IMG/VR virus record: IMGVR_UViG_3300042866_001263
Reading direction: 5' to 3' (one strand)
Length of the DNA stretch: 64,000 bases
Source of the DNA: a virus
Lineage: Duplodnaviria; Caudoviricetes
Shown piece by piece: positions 8,903-17,429 of this stretch. The position numbers were made by a program, and so were the translations under genes. Below the pieces are notes generated by a model. The model saw only the letters and a program-made list of their open reading frames with translations. It did not search any database and had not been told where the DNA came from. Numbering within the stretch: position 1 is the first letter of the stretch; every line of letters begins with the position of its first letter.

Positions 8903-9150
8903 ATATTAAAATCATTCATCAAAATTGTGATCCAACTTTGGCAGAGGATGTAACTTTGCCATACACTGCATACATTGTAAAATATTATGTTGATGAACAA
9001 TATAATTACGATATCGTAATCTGTAATAAGAAAATAGATATCTTTGATTATTATTGGGATAAGTATAGAGAAGGACTTATTGAATTTAAACAAACACAAG
9101 GAAGAGTAAATCCTAAATTGTGGTCTCCAAGTAACAACAAGAAAAAATGA
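8899..9150 (+). CDS. hypothetical protein
   Basis: Coupled ORF; TTG start overlaps the upstream stop. Confidence 0.65.
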   Translation: MNIKIIHQNCDPTLAEDVTLPYTAYIVKYYVDEQYNYDIVICNKKIDIFDYYWDKYREGLIEFKQTQGRVNPKLWSPSNNKKK

Positions 9151-9413
9151 ACTCAGATCCACACGGCAATTGGTGCGTTTACTATTGTAAAAAAACTGAC
9201 ACTACTGCATGGAGCGTAATGAAATTACGACGTAGTGATGGTGTCATCGTATCAGCAAAAACTTATAATGATGCTTTTAAATTTGTCAAATATCAAGATG
9301 CATTTGATTTTGTTAGACAACTAATTACAGAAGAACCAGAACCAAAATATGATGCAACTGTAAAGAGAATTTGTCTTGCCAGAGAAGATGCTTTTTATCT
9401 TTCAGAAAATTAA
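9147..9413 (+). CDS. hypothetical protein
   Basis: Coupled ORF with ATGA overlap. Confidence 0.65.
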   Translation: MNSDPHGNWCVYYCKKTDTTAWSVMKLRRSDGVIVSAKTYNDAFKFVKYQDAFDFVRQLITEEPEPKYDATVKRICLAREDAFYLSEN

Positions 9414-9415
9414 AC

Positions 9416-9447
9416 TGTATTCAAATTTACAAAGTTTGTATTATAAT
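9416..9447 (+). promoter_or_regulatory. NtcA box (TGTA-N8-TACA) overlapping the -35 region of a sigma70 promoter
   Basis: TGTATTCAAATTTACA 9416-9431; TATAAT 9442-9447. Confidence 0.7.
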
Positions 9448-9455
9448 TAGATATA

Positions 9456-9678
9456 CGTTCATTCGCTATTTCCAAATAGCGAACGGAAGTAAGACAACTC
9501 GGAACGGGTCGTTCATCTATGGAGACACTCATTCTCACATGCTTACAAGCACACTTGATTGCTGGGAGAGTTAATAAACAAGACATTCCCAGGCAAGCAA
9601 AGAATGATTTGATATGGGAGATCAAACAGATATCTCCAAAGGAGTGTAAGATAGACGCAAAGGTTGACTGAAGGAACG
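9456..9678 (+). ncRNA. tandem glutamine-riboswitch-like aptamers (glnA / Downstream-peptide family)
   Basis: Two CGTTC...GAACG P1 helices (9456-9506, 9510-9678), GGAAGTAAG and GACTGAAGGAACG core motifs, P2 hairpins. Confidence 0.75.
9519..9671 (+). CDS. 50-aa ORF nested inside the second aptamer
   Basis: METLILTCLQAHLIAGRVNKQDIPRQAKNDLIWEIKQISPKECKIDAKVD. Confidence 0.55.
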   Translation: METLILTCLQAHLIAGRVNKQDIPRQAKNDLIWEIKQISPKECKIDAKVD

Positions 9679-9711
9679 CTCTTTAACCTAAACAACTAAG
9701 GAGAACCTCCC

Positions 9712-9861
9712 ATGTCACAAGCAACATATCGTGGTGTTCAATATGACACCGAAACAAAAAGAGAACAACTAGCAGCAAACTGGCTTCCAGTTATCCAAAA
9801 ACAAATTGAAAAACAGAATAAATTAAAAGAGGCACAACTTGCCATGGCGATGAAAATGTGA
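9712..9861 (+). CDS. DUF4278-like (YRG motif) peptide, 49 aa
   Basis: MSQATYRGVQYDT...; AAGGAG RBS at 9698-9703. Confidence 0.75.
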   Translation: MSQATYRGVQYDTETKREQLAANWLPVIQKQIEKQNKLKEAQLAMAMKM

Positions 9862-9873
9862 TATAATATATTT

Positions 9874-9915
9874 CCGTGTGAAGGAAGTGATGGGGAGGCG
9901 AAAGTCTCCCCTTTT
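9874..9915 (+). ncRNA. candidate ~42-nt sRNA ending in a terminator
   Basis: TTGCCA(9839)-17-TATAAT(9862); hairpin GGGGAGGC-GAAA-GTCTCCCC-TTTT 9892-9915. Confidence 0.45.
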
Positions 9916-9928
9916 ATTTTGATAAAAA

Positions 9929-10474
9929 ATGAATTTTATACATCATCTAAAAGAAGCCTATCCAAAATCATCTTGCGAAAAGATGATAGAAATATTTGAC
10001 CAGAACAGTCCTTTCGCTGTAAGAGGAACTGCTGGAAAAGAATACCTTGATGACTTAGAATTAACTTTAGAAATTACAGATGCAGATTGCTATTCTGGAC
10101 TGGGAACAGCAGTTTATAAAGCAGTTGATGAATATAAAATTGTGTATCCATTAATCAATACTCACATCTCAAACTGGAAAGTAAATCCATATTGTCAGCT
10201 GATGAGATATGAACCTAACAATTATTATAGTAGGATACATTGTGAGAATGATGGAACCCCAGAATTCTCGACAAGAGTTTTTGCTTGGATGATCTATTTG
10301 AATGACATCCGAGAGGGAGGAGGAACACATTTCGTTTATCAAAATTTTACAGCACAACCAGTAGCAGGAGATCTTTATATTTGGCCTGCTCACTGGACGC
10401 ACTTTCATCATGGAGTTAATGCTCCATATGAAAAAAAGTATATTATAACTGGTTGGGTTGATTATGTGTTATAA
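9929..10474 (+). CDS. 2OG-Fe(II) oxygenase
   Basis: HxE...RVFAWMIYLND...GGGTHF...HFHHG...KYIITGW. Confidence 0.9.
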   Translation: MNFIHHLKEAYPKSSCEKMIEIFDQNSPFAVRGTAGKEYLDDLELTLEITDADCYSGLGTAVYKAVDEYKIVYPLINTHISNWKVNPYCQLMRYEPNNYYSRIHCENDGTPEFSTRVFAWMIYLNDIREGGGTHFVYQNFTAQPVAGDLYIWPAHWTHFHHGVNAPYEKKYIITGWVDYVL

Positions 10475-10497
10475 TTAGTAGTGTATGTCATGCTACC

Positions 10498-10659
10498 ATG
10501 GACAAGGAAAGATTAAAACTTATAGTTAGAAACTTGAAACTCCTGGTGGAATCGTTAGAATCAGAGATACATTCTGATGTGGATGCTTACAAAGCAGGTC
10601 CTAGGTCAGACAAAATCTATTCTCACGAGGACAACGACGATGATGGTTACCCCGATTAA
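10498..10659 (+). CDS. hypothetical protein (53 aa)
   Basis: MDKERLKLIVRNLKLLVESLESE...DDDGYPD, downstream of TATAAT. Confidence 0.6.
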   Translation: MDKERLKLIVRNLKLLVESLESEIHSDVDAYKAGPRSDKIYSHEDNDDDGYPD

Positions 10660-10870
10660 TTCTGATTGGAGATACAAGGATGATAACTTCCAGAAAAGAA
10701 GTTTTGTTTTGAGTGGATTTGTCAGAATGAAAATATCTTTGACTAAAGATGTATATGAATTTTGTGACTATATTATCAGTCAAGGATACCAATTTGATCT
10801 GGGTTCCTTGAACGTGGTAGATCAACAAATTAGAGAAGAGTTTAAAAAGTATATGGAGGCTTTTAAATGA
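10640..10870 (+). CDS. hypothetical protein
   Basis: Track ORF 10577-10870 with start trimmed to the ATG at 10640. Confidence 0.6.
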   Translation: MMVTPINSDWRYKDDNFQKRSFVLSGFVRMKISLTKDVYEFCDYIISQGYQFDLGSLNVVDQQIREEFKKYMEAFK

Positions 10871-11142
10871 GACTGAAGGACACCATTAAGGCAGCAAAGA
10901 AAGCAATAAAGCTTGCGGAAAATAACCCGATGCTGTATACTGATGAGGAGATCGTTTATATGAAGAGAGCACTTCGTCAGGCAAGAATGGATCTCCAACG
11001 CAAACGTGAAAGACTAGGTAAGGGATTTAAGAATGAATCAACAACATGGACAAGTCAAGTTAGTGTCAGTAACGCCACAGGCGGAACAGACGATGGGGTA
11101 CGTGGCGAGGGTGAGCAATCCCCAGAACCAGGAGAACCCTAA
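10867..11142 (+). CDS. hypothetical basic protein
   Basis: Coupled start; C-terminus overlaps thyX. Confidence 0.6.
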   Translation: MRLKDTIKAAKKAIKLAENNPMLYTDEEIVYMKRALRQARMDLQRKRERLGKGFKNESTTWTSQVSVSNATGGTDDGVRGEGEQSPEPGEP

Positions 11143-11683
11143 CGTCGCTGGTCTGCTCAAGTACTGTATCAAACATAATCATTGGTCGGTATTTGAGCAG
11201 GCACATATGTCGCTTGAGGTTGAAACTAACCGTGGTATCGCAGCTCAGATCCTGCGTCACCGTTCATTTACATTTCAGGAATTTTCGCAGCGATATGCTG
11301 ATACGAACCTGATTACAGAGAACATCCCTCTGCCAGAACTTCGCCGCCAGGATACCAAGAACCGTCAGAATTCTACTGATGATCTTGGTGACTATGTGAA
11401 ACTCAAGTTTCAGGCAGAGATCGCTGAACTCTTTACTCATTCCAACAATCTCTACAAGCGAATGCTTGAAGCAGGTGTGGCAAAGGAATGTGCAAGGTTT
11501 GTGCTTCCTCTGGCAACTCCAACTCGCATTTATATGACAGGATCTGTTCGTTCTTGGATCCACTACATAGATCTTAGGAGTGCTCATGGCACCCAGAAAG
11601 AACATATGGATATTGCTAACGCTTGTAAGCAAGTCTTTATTGAACAATTCCCTATTTGTGCTGAAGCTTTGGAGTGGATTTGA
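11033..11683 (+). CDS. thyX: flavin-dependent thymidylate synthase
   Basis: QILRHRSFTFQEFSQRYA ThyX signature. Confidence 0.97.
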   Translation: MNQQHGQVKLVSVTPQAEQTMGYVARVSNPQNQENPNVAGLLKYCIKHNHWSVFEQAHMSLEVETNRGIAAQILRHRSFTFQEFSQRYADTNLITENIPLPELRRQDTKNRQNSTDDLGDYVKLKFQAEIAELFTHSNNLYKRMLEAGVAKECARFVLPLATPTRIYMTGSVRSWIHYIDLRSAHGTQKEHMDIANACKQVFIEQFPICAEALEWI

Positions 11684-11946
11684 TGGCTACGTATCCTGTA
11701 GTAAATAAACAAACTGGTGAACAGAAAGAAGTTGTCCTCAGTATTCATGACTGGGACCAGTGGAAGAAAGATAATCCCGATTGGGAGAGAGATTGGAGTG
11801 ATCCATCTACTCTTCCTGGATCTGGAGAGGTTGGTGATTGGCGAGACAAGATGAGAAAATCTCATCCTGGTTTCCATGATATCATCAAGAATAAAATTGG
11901 GGCACACGATCCTCGCAACCGAACCATTCACGACAAATATAACTGA
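11683..11946 (+). CDS. conserved cyanophage hypothetical protein
   Basis: MATYPVVNKQTGEQKEV... between thyX and phoH. Confidence 0.75.
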   Translation: MATYPVVNKQTGEQKEVVLSIHDWDQWKKDNPDWERDWSDPSTLPGSGEVGDWRDKMRKSHPGFHDIIKNKIGAHDPRNRTIHDKYN

Positions 11947-11947
11947 T

Positions 11948-12703
11948 ATGCCAGTACGTAAGAAGACAGCTCACAAAGCACCTGGACAAGGTATGAGCTC
12001 AAAGCAAAAGAAACGTCGTAAACCAATTGATGAAGCATACATGCTTCCAGTTGAAGCACTTACTCACAATCAACAACTCTTTTTTGATGAGTGGGATAAG
12101 GGACAGATGCTCTATGCCTATGGTGTGGCAGGTACAGGTAAAACTTTCATTGCTCTGTACAAAGCACTCAAAGATGTGCTGAATGAGTACACACCATATG
12201 AAAAGATTTATATTGTTCGTTCTCTTGTAGCCACACGAGAGATTGGTTTTCTTCCTGGAGACCATGAAGATAAATCTTCTCTCTATCAGATCCCATACAA
12301 GAACATGGTTCAGTCTATGTTCGAGATGCCTGATGACAATTCATACGATATGTTGTATGACAATCTGAAACAACAGGAAACTATCTCGTTCTGGAGTACA
12401 AGTTTCATTCGTGGCACCACCCTTGATAATTCGATTGTAATTATTGATGAGTGCCAGAACTTGAATTTTCACGAACTTGATAGTATAATTACTCGTGTAG
12501 GACAGGATACAAAAATCGTTTTCTGTGGCGATGCTTCACAAACCGATCTTGTAAAGGTTAACGAACGTTCTGGTATTCTAGATTTCCAACGCATTCTTCA
12601 AAGGATGCCTGAGTTTTCACTTATTGAATTTGGTATTGAAGATATCGTCCGTTCTGGTCTAGTCAAGTCTTATATTATTAACAAAATCAATCTTGGTCTA
12701 TGA
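11948..12703 (+). CDS. phoH: PhoH-family ATPase
   Basis: GVAGTGKT Walker A, IRGTTL, IIDECQN, GDASQTDL; start trimmed to MPVRKK. Confidence 0.95.
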   Translation: MPVRKKTAHKAPGQGMSSKQKKRRKPIDEAYMLPVEALTHNQQLFFDEWDKGQMLYAYGVAGTGKTFIALYKALKDVLNEYTPYEKIYIVRSLVATREIGFLPGDHEDKSSLYQIPYKNMVQSMFEMPDDNSYDMLYDNLKQQETISFWSTSFIRGTTLDNSIVIIDECQNLNFHELDSIITRVGQDTKIVFCGDASQTDLVKVNERSGILDFQRILQRMPEFSLIEFGIEDIVRSGLVKSYIINKINLGL

Positions 12704-13395
12704 AATTATTTAATCATGTTGGTGCTCTGACGCCAATTGAACTGGATGCTGTGATGGTAGACGGTAAGCGTTTATATCCAACACCCGATGGACAATTTCC
12801 GTCAGTCACTACCGTGATTGGTAATAACAAGGAAAAGATGGCAGGTATTAGTCGTTGGAGACAACGAGTGGGCGAGGAGAAAGCTAACAGTATTTCTGCT
12901 CGCTCCACTAATCGAGGAACAAAGTATCACTCTATTGTTGAAGACTATTTCAATAACATTCTGGACCTCAAAAAATACCAAAAGTTTCCTCTACCAGTGT
13001 TGATGTTTCAACACAGTCGTGATGTTCTTGATCGGATAAATAACATATACCTTCAGGAAGCCGCCCTGTACTCTAAACATCTTGAGTTAGCAGGTCGTGT
13101 AGATTGTATCGCTGAGTTTGATGGTGAGTTATCTATTATTGATTTCAAAACTGCTGCAGAACCAAAGCGAGAACAATACCTTTACGATTACTTTGTTCAG
13201 GAAACAGCATACGCTTGTATGTTTCAGGAACTTTATGGTTTGCGAGTAAAACAACTCGTGACAATCGTTGCTTGTGAAAATGGAGAAACTCAAGTCAAGG
13301 TGCTTCCACCTAAGAAAGAATATTTCATCAAACTGATGAGTTACATTTCAGAATACCAGGAACGATATGGACAAAAAACAATTATTAGAGGATAA
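12700..13395 (+). CDS. PD-(D/E)XK exonuclease (Cas4-like fold, T4-like core gene)
   Basis: PSVTTV, RGTKYH, AGRVDCIAEFDGELSIIDFKT. Confidence 0.85.
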   Translation: MKLFNHVGALTPIELDAVMVDGKRLYPTPDGQFPSVTTVIGNNKEKMAGISRWRQRVGEEKANSISARSTNRGTKYHSIVEDYFNNILDLKKYQKFPLPVLMFQHSRDVLDRINNIYLQEAALYSKHLELAGRVDCIAEFDGELSIIDFKTAAEPKREQYLYDYFVQETAYACMFQELYGLRVKQLVTIVACENGETQVKVLPPKKEYFIKLMSYISEYQERYGQKTIIRG

Positions 13396-13621
13396 ATTTA
13401 TGACATCTGCGAAATTCTCGCAGGAAGTGGAAAAGATTGCTCTAAACAATCCAGATATGAATTATATTGATTCGGTTATCCACTATTGCGAGACAAATGA
13501 AATTGAAATAGATAGTGTAGGTAAGTTGATTAGCAAACCTCTAAAGGAAAAGATCCGCCATGAGGCACAACAACTCAACTTCATCAAGAAAACAAGTCGT
13601 GCCAAGTTGATGTTAGTATGA
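13367..13621 (+). CDS. gp33: late transcription coactivator gp33
   Basis: YIDSVIHYCETNEIE...LISKPLKEKI. Confidence 0.85.
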   Translation: MDKKQLLEDKFMTSAKFSQEVEKIALNNPDMNYIDSVIHYCETNEIEIDSVGKLISKPLKEKIRHEAQQLNFIKKTSRAKLMLV

Positions 13622-13959
13622 GCTTCTTTCAATCAGAATTAGTCCGTGGTGACATTCAAGAGATGGTGGAACTGCAACAGTTCTGCTTTCGTTCTGCAAT
13701 GAACTTTGTTCTTCTTGATCATGAAAGGAAAGTAGAATACTTTGATGCTCTCGAAAGACTAGTAGAGAAGCAGAAAGTATTTTATTATCGTATCAAACTT
13801 AGCGATGATCCTGAAGCTAAATCTGTTTGTGAAACGATGAAGCAAGGTGTTATCATGTTAGGTGCGACACCTGGAACACCAATTGAAGATATGTTTAATG
13901 AACTTTTGGAGAGAGTTCGCTTCATGAAAGACAAATTGAAAAGTGGCACAGGGGATTGA
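13618..13959 (+). CDS. conserved cyanophage protein (DUF1825-like)
   Basis: MSFFQSELVRGDIQEM...; located between gp33 and gp32. Confidence 0.7.
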   Translation: MSFFQSELVRGDIQEMVELQQFCFRSAMNFVLLDHERKVEYFDALERLVEKQKVFYYRIKLSDDPEAKSVCETMKQGVIMLGATPGTPIEDMFNELLERVRFMKDKLKSGTGD

Positions 13960-14040
13960 CACCCGACCCTGTGCCCTGCTATTATGAGTAAGTGATTGGG
14001 CGTCACACAAACCAAATCCAAACAAATCCGAGGTAATCCT

Positions 14041-14949
14041 ATGTCCTTTGCTGATCTTAAGCGCAAATCCCAGAACAACTTTGAGTTCCTCCAGAAGGAA
14101 CTTGAGAAGTCTGCCAGTGGTAAAAACGTTGATGAACGTTTCTGGAAACCAGAAGTTGATGCTGCTGGTAATGGTTATGCCGTGATCCGTTTTCTGCCTG
14201 CTCCTGAAGGGGAGACTGTGCCGTGGGCGAAAGTCTATTCCCACGCCTTCCAAGGTCCTGGTGGATGGTATATTGAAAACTCCCTGACTACTCTTAACGA
14301 GAAAGATCCCGTTGGTGAAGTCAACCGTCGTCTGTGGAACAGCGGTGGTGATGATGATAAAGAGACTGCCCGTAAGCAAAAGCGTAAGCTCTCTTACTAC
14401 AGCAACGTCTATGTTGTGAAGGATCCTAAGAACCCTGACAACGAGGGTAAGGTGTTCCTCTATAAGTATGGCAAGAAGATCCATGATAAGATCCTGACTG
14501 CTATGCAACCTGAGTTCCAAGATGAAACCCCTGTAAATGTGTTTGATCTTTGGGAAGGTGCTAACTTCAAACTGAAGATCAAGAAGGTTGCTGGTTACTG
14601 GAACTACGATAGTTCTGAGTTCGATAGTGTCTCTGCTCTCTCTGCAGATGATACTGCACTTGAGAAGATCTGGAAGAGTGAATACTCGCTCGCAGCTTTC
14701 ACTGCTGCTGATAACTTCAAGACCTACGAAGAACTAGAAGCACGACTGAACCTTGTGCTTGGTGTTACTTCCCGTCCTGCTCGTCCTTCCTACAGTGAAG
14801 ATGAGGAAGACTTCGAACCAGTTGCTGAAGCACCTGCATCTTCATTCCGATCTCGTGTTACTGCTGTTCCTACTCCTGTGAAGGAAGAAGCAGTCGTGGA
14901 TGATGACGATGCTCTCAGTTACTTCGCTCGCCTTGCTGAAGAAGACTGA
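14041..14949 (+). CDS. gp32: single-stranded DNA-binding protein gp32
   Basis: MSFADLKRKS, GNGYAVIRFLP, acidic tail DDALSYFARLAEED. Confidence 0.96.
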   Translation: MSFADLKRKSQNNFEFLQKELEKSASGKNVDERFWKPEVDAAGNGYAVIRFLPAPEGETVPWAKVYSHAFQGPGGWYIENSLTTLNEKDPVGEVNRRLWNSGGDDDKETARKQKRKLSYYSNVYVVKDPKNPDNEGKVFLYKYGKKIHDKILTAMQPEFQDETPVNVFDLWEGANFKLKIKKVAGYWNYDSSEFDSVSALSADDTALEKIWKSEYSLAAFTAADNFKTYEELEARLNLVLGVTSRPARPSYSEDEEDFEPVAEAPASSFRSRVTAVPTPVKEEAVVDDDDALSYFARLAEED

Positions 14950-14974
14950 TTTCAAAATAGAAACCTGATTTTCG

Positions 14975-15007
14975 TTGGCGGGAAAAAAATTTTCCGCCAA
15001 TTTTTTT
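14975..15007. terminator. bidirectional terminator-like hairpin between convergent genes
   Basis: TTGGCGGGAAAA...TTTTCCGCCAA plus T-tract. Confidence 0.65.
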
Positions 15008-15018
15008 GTCTAAAAAGT

Positions 15019-15648
15019 TCAACCAGTTTTCTTTAGCTGCTGAGTAACATAGTTACCAGACTTCTTGTAGAGATTTTGCTTTCTGAAATCATCTACAAAT
15101 GACTGTAGATATCTTGGTTTTAGAAGATATACCTTTCTTTTTTTCTCATTCTCTGCTGTGTAATGCTCAATGATTGTAACTGGTCTACACAATTCGTTTC
15201 CAGATTTAGTTACAATTTGACCATTTACGTTTAGTTTATGTGTTTTGTTGTAGAATGCTTGATCTACATGCAATCCATCAGGATATGGACCATATTCATA
15301 AGTTTCGTAGTGATGAATGGTGCCATATGGGTCGCTGAATTCTTTTTCTACTACCTTGGACAATTCATAATTAGTCATTGGCCAGTCGTACTGAGCATTG
15401 ACCATGTTGTTTGTTAGTAAGATAACCCAATCATAGAATGGATTGCCATATAGTTTGTCTGCTAATGTATCTGGTCTTTCACCATCGTTGATTGTATATT
15501 TTGTGAAGAATACAACGTAAGAGAATACTTCATCATTAACTTTGTATCTACGAAAGAAGTTCTTAGCAGTAATGAAGTCTGCTTCAGAGAAAGGATAACT
15601 GATTGGTTTCTCATCGTATGAGATATTGGGAACGATTGAAAAAAACAT
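15019..15648 (-). CDS. gp53: baseplate wedge protein gp53
   Basis: ERPDTLADKLYGNPFYDWVILLTNN...DWP. Confidence 0.88.
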   Translation of the reverse strand: MFFSIVPNISYDEKPISYPFSEADFITAKNFFRRYKVNDEVFSYVVFFTKYTINDGERPDTLADKLYGNPFYDWVILLTNNMVNAQYDWPMTNYELSKVVEKEFSDPYGTIHHYETYEYGPYPDGLHVDQAFYNKTHKLNVNGQIVTKSGNELCRPVTIIEHYTAENEKKRKVYLLKPRYLQSFVDDFRKQNLYKKSGNYVTQQLKKTG

Positions 15649-15649
15649 T

Positions 15650-16741
15650 TTAGTATCCTGCGTCTACGTCTTCTCTGAAGATGAGTTTTGTTTCTTGGAA
15701 GTTTAAACTCATTTGATAAGCAACCATGCGACCATCTCTTGTTGTGGAATATGCTCCATCTGGAGTATAATTTACATCAACCTGAGTAAGGGCACACATT
15801 TTATACTGTGGTACATTCTTATTTAAGTCCGAACCTCTCATGAATGTAACTTTTACTAAGTCGGGGACTTTAATAAATCCAGATTGATAACCTATACTAT
15901 CAAATGATTCTTTCAAAGCTTCTGCTCCAGAATTAGCATAGGGAAGCATTGCTTTTTTAAATGTTGTAATAATTTCCTCTATTTGATTAGCTTCGCCTTC
16001 ACTTCTTGGAACTAATTTATACGATAGTGTAAAATTTCTCAGATCCAATCCAGTAAATAATAACTCTGTATTTGGATTGAGAATTACTCCACGAGTACTT
16101 GAAAAAATATCATCTAAAGAAACACTTTCGCCAGTAATTTTGCCAATTGCTGCTGATATTAATTGAGCTCCAGCGATTGTTGTAAATCTATCCAAACCTT
16201 CATTTGCAGTTTCTCCAAAACTTTTGAGTTTTGCCATCATACCTTCACCACCAACAGTTCTCAAAATTCCAGCACCAATATTACTGAAGTTTTTACCAGT
16301 CCAGTTTGCCTTGAAACCAGTTGATATATCTTCTGGCATGTATAGAATAACTGATCCTAAACCAGTTGAATTATATTGCTCAACGGAAGAGTTATACTTT
16401 GCTAAAGATTCTAATCCAAAAGCAGAAGTGCTGCCATCATTTTTAAAAGGAGGATTGTATTCAAAAAATTCAAAAACTACATAATCAGTTTCTGCGCCTA
16501 TTCCTGGTTCACTTGGATAACGTAATGTTGTTTTACTAGCTGTTGATGCGTTTATGCCAGATGCTTTTGGACCAGATATAGTAATTTTTTCTTGATCTTT
16601 TTTTGAATTGGCATTACTTTCAGCATTTGCTACGCCAGCTGGTTTGGAAATACCGCCAGGATTAGTTCCAATTGTTTCGCTTTTTGTTTTAGATCCCCCA
16701 GTTCCTGGGGGATTTGGATTTGCTCCTGGTGTGCCAGCCAT
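15650..16741 (-). CDS. gp48: baseplate tail-tube cap gp48
   Basis: LRYP...DYVVFEFF, NPNTELLF, YKMCALTQVDVNYTPDG. Confidence 0.82.
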   Translation of the reverse strand: MAGTPGANPNPPGTGGSKTKSETIGTNPGGISKPAGVANAESNANSKKDQEKITISGPKASGINASTASKTTLRYPSEPGIGAETDYVVFEFFEYNPPFKNDGSTSAFGLESLAKYNSSVEQYNSTGLGSVILYMPEDISTGFKANWTGKNFSNIGAGILRTVGGEGMMAKLKSFGETANEGLDRFTTIAGAQLISAAIGKITGESVSLDDIFSSTRGVILNPNTELLFTGLDLRNFTLSYKLVPRSEGEANQIEEIITTFKKAMLPYANSGAEALKESFDSIGYQSGFIKVPDLVKVTFMRGSDLNKNVPQYKMCALTQVDVNYTPDGAYSTTRDGRMVAYQMSLNFQETKLIFREDVDAGY

Positions 16742-17427
16742 TACTTGCTCATCTCTCTACTTTGTTTTGTTCCGTATCCTTTGATAACTACGTGACCAGT
16801 AAGTTTGTCATAGTATTTGTCAAGCGTTTCCCTCCATACTTCTTCTTTGTTGATTGGAAACTTGATGCCATTCACATCTTTGACAAAATCTTCTGTTGGC
16901 AGAAGAATGGCAGTATCCCATTCAGCAGAGGCAAGATCAATATACAGTCCCTGGACATGATTGTGTATGTATTTATGGAAACATACCTTGGGTATGTCAA
17001 TTTTACCTTCCATTAACTTCTTCACACAAAGTATTCTTTTTTTAATGGGAAGGTAGTGTAAGTTAGCACCCCAGAATTCTTCTTTTGAAGATTTGATTAC
17101 ATAAACAAGAGGAAATCGATCATAATAAGGCAACCATTTCATTTTTGCCTTGTACTCATACATGTAAAGGTGACCTTCGACGACATACTTTCTCAACTCG
17201 TTCTGGTCTTGCTGCTTGGCAATTCCTCCCTTGTCACCTTTCTCATCTAATACATACTTATCAAAATTTTTCTTGTATTTTCCTGCTTCTGATTTGACAG
17301 CAGAAAGATACCAACTATAACTTTTCTTTTCTCCACCAGTTGCTGTTGTTACTCTTTCAAAGAGTGTTTTGTATCCTGGTTCTTTATTAACTTTGTTTTT
17401 TTGAATTTCTGAGAATCCTTGTGCCAT
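16741..17427 (-). CDS. gp2: DNA end protector gp2
   Basis: LPYYDRFPLVYVI...GANLHYLP. Confidence 0.82.
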   Translation of the reverse strand: MAQGFSEIQKNKVNKEPGYKTLFERVTTATGGEKKSYSWYLSAVKSEAGKYKKNFDKYVLDEKGDKGGIAKQQDQNELRKYVVEGHLYMYEYKAKMKWLPYYDRFPLVYVIKSSKEEFWGANLHYLPIKKRILCVKKLMEGKIDIPKVCFHKYIHNHVQGLYIDLASAEWDTAILLPTEDFVKDVNGIKFPINKEEVWRETLDKYYDKLTGHVVIKGYGTKQSREMSK

Positions 17428-17429
17428 TG

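Noticed and set aside
11033-11142. 110-bp overlap of the upstream ORF with thyX as a dual-coding region
   Set aside because: The extension is low-complexity and probably results from a lost stop codon; no evidence of function
4297-11683. Group I introns in psbA, psbD or thyX
   Set aside because: All three reading frames are uninterrupted and of normal length
12700-13395. Cas4-like nuclease as a sign of a CRISPR system
   Set aside because: It is the usual T4-like cyanophage core exonuclease next to phoH; I saw no repeat-spacer array or other cas genes in the window
13858-14520. 220-aa minus-strand ORF
   Set aside because: Antisense shadow of gp32 with no recognisable features
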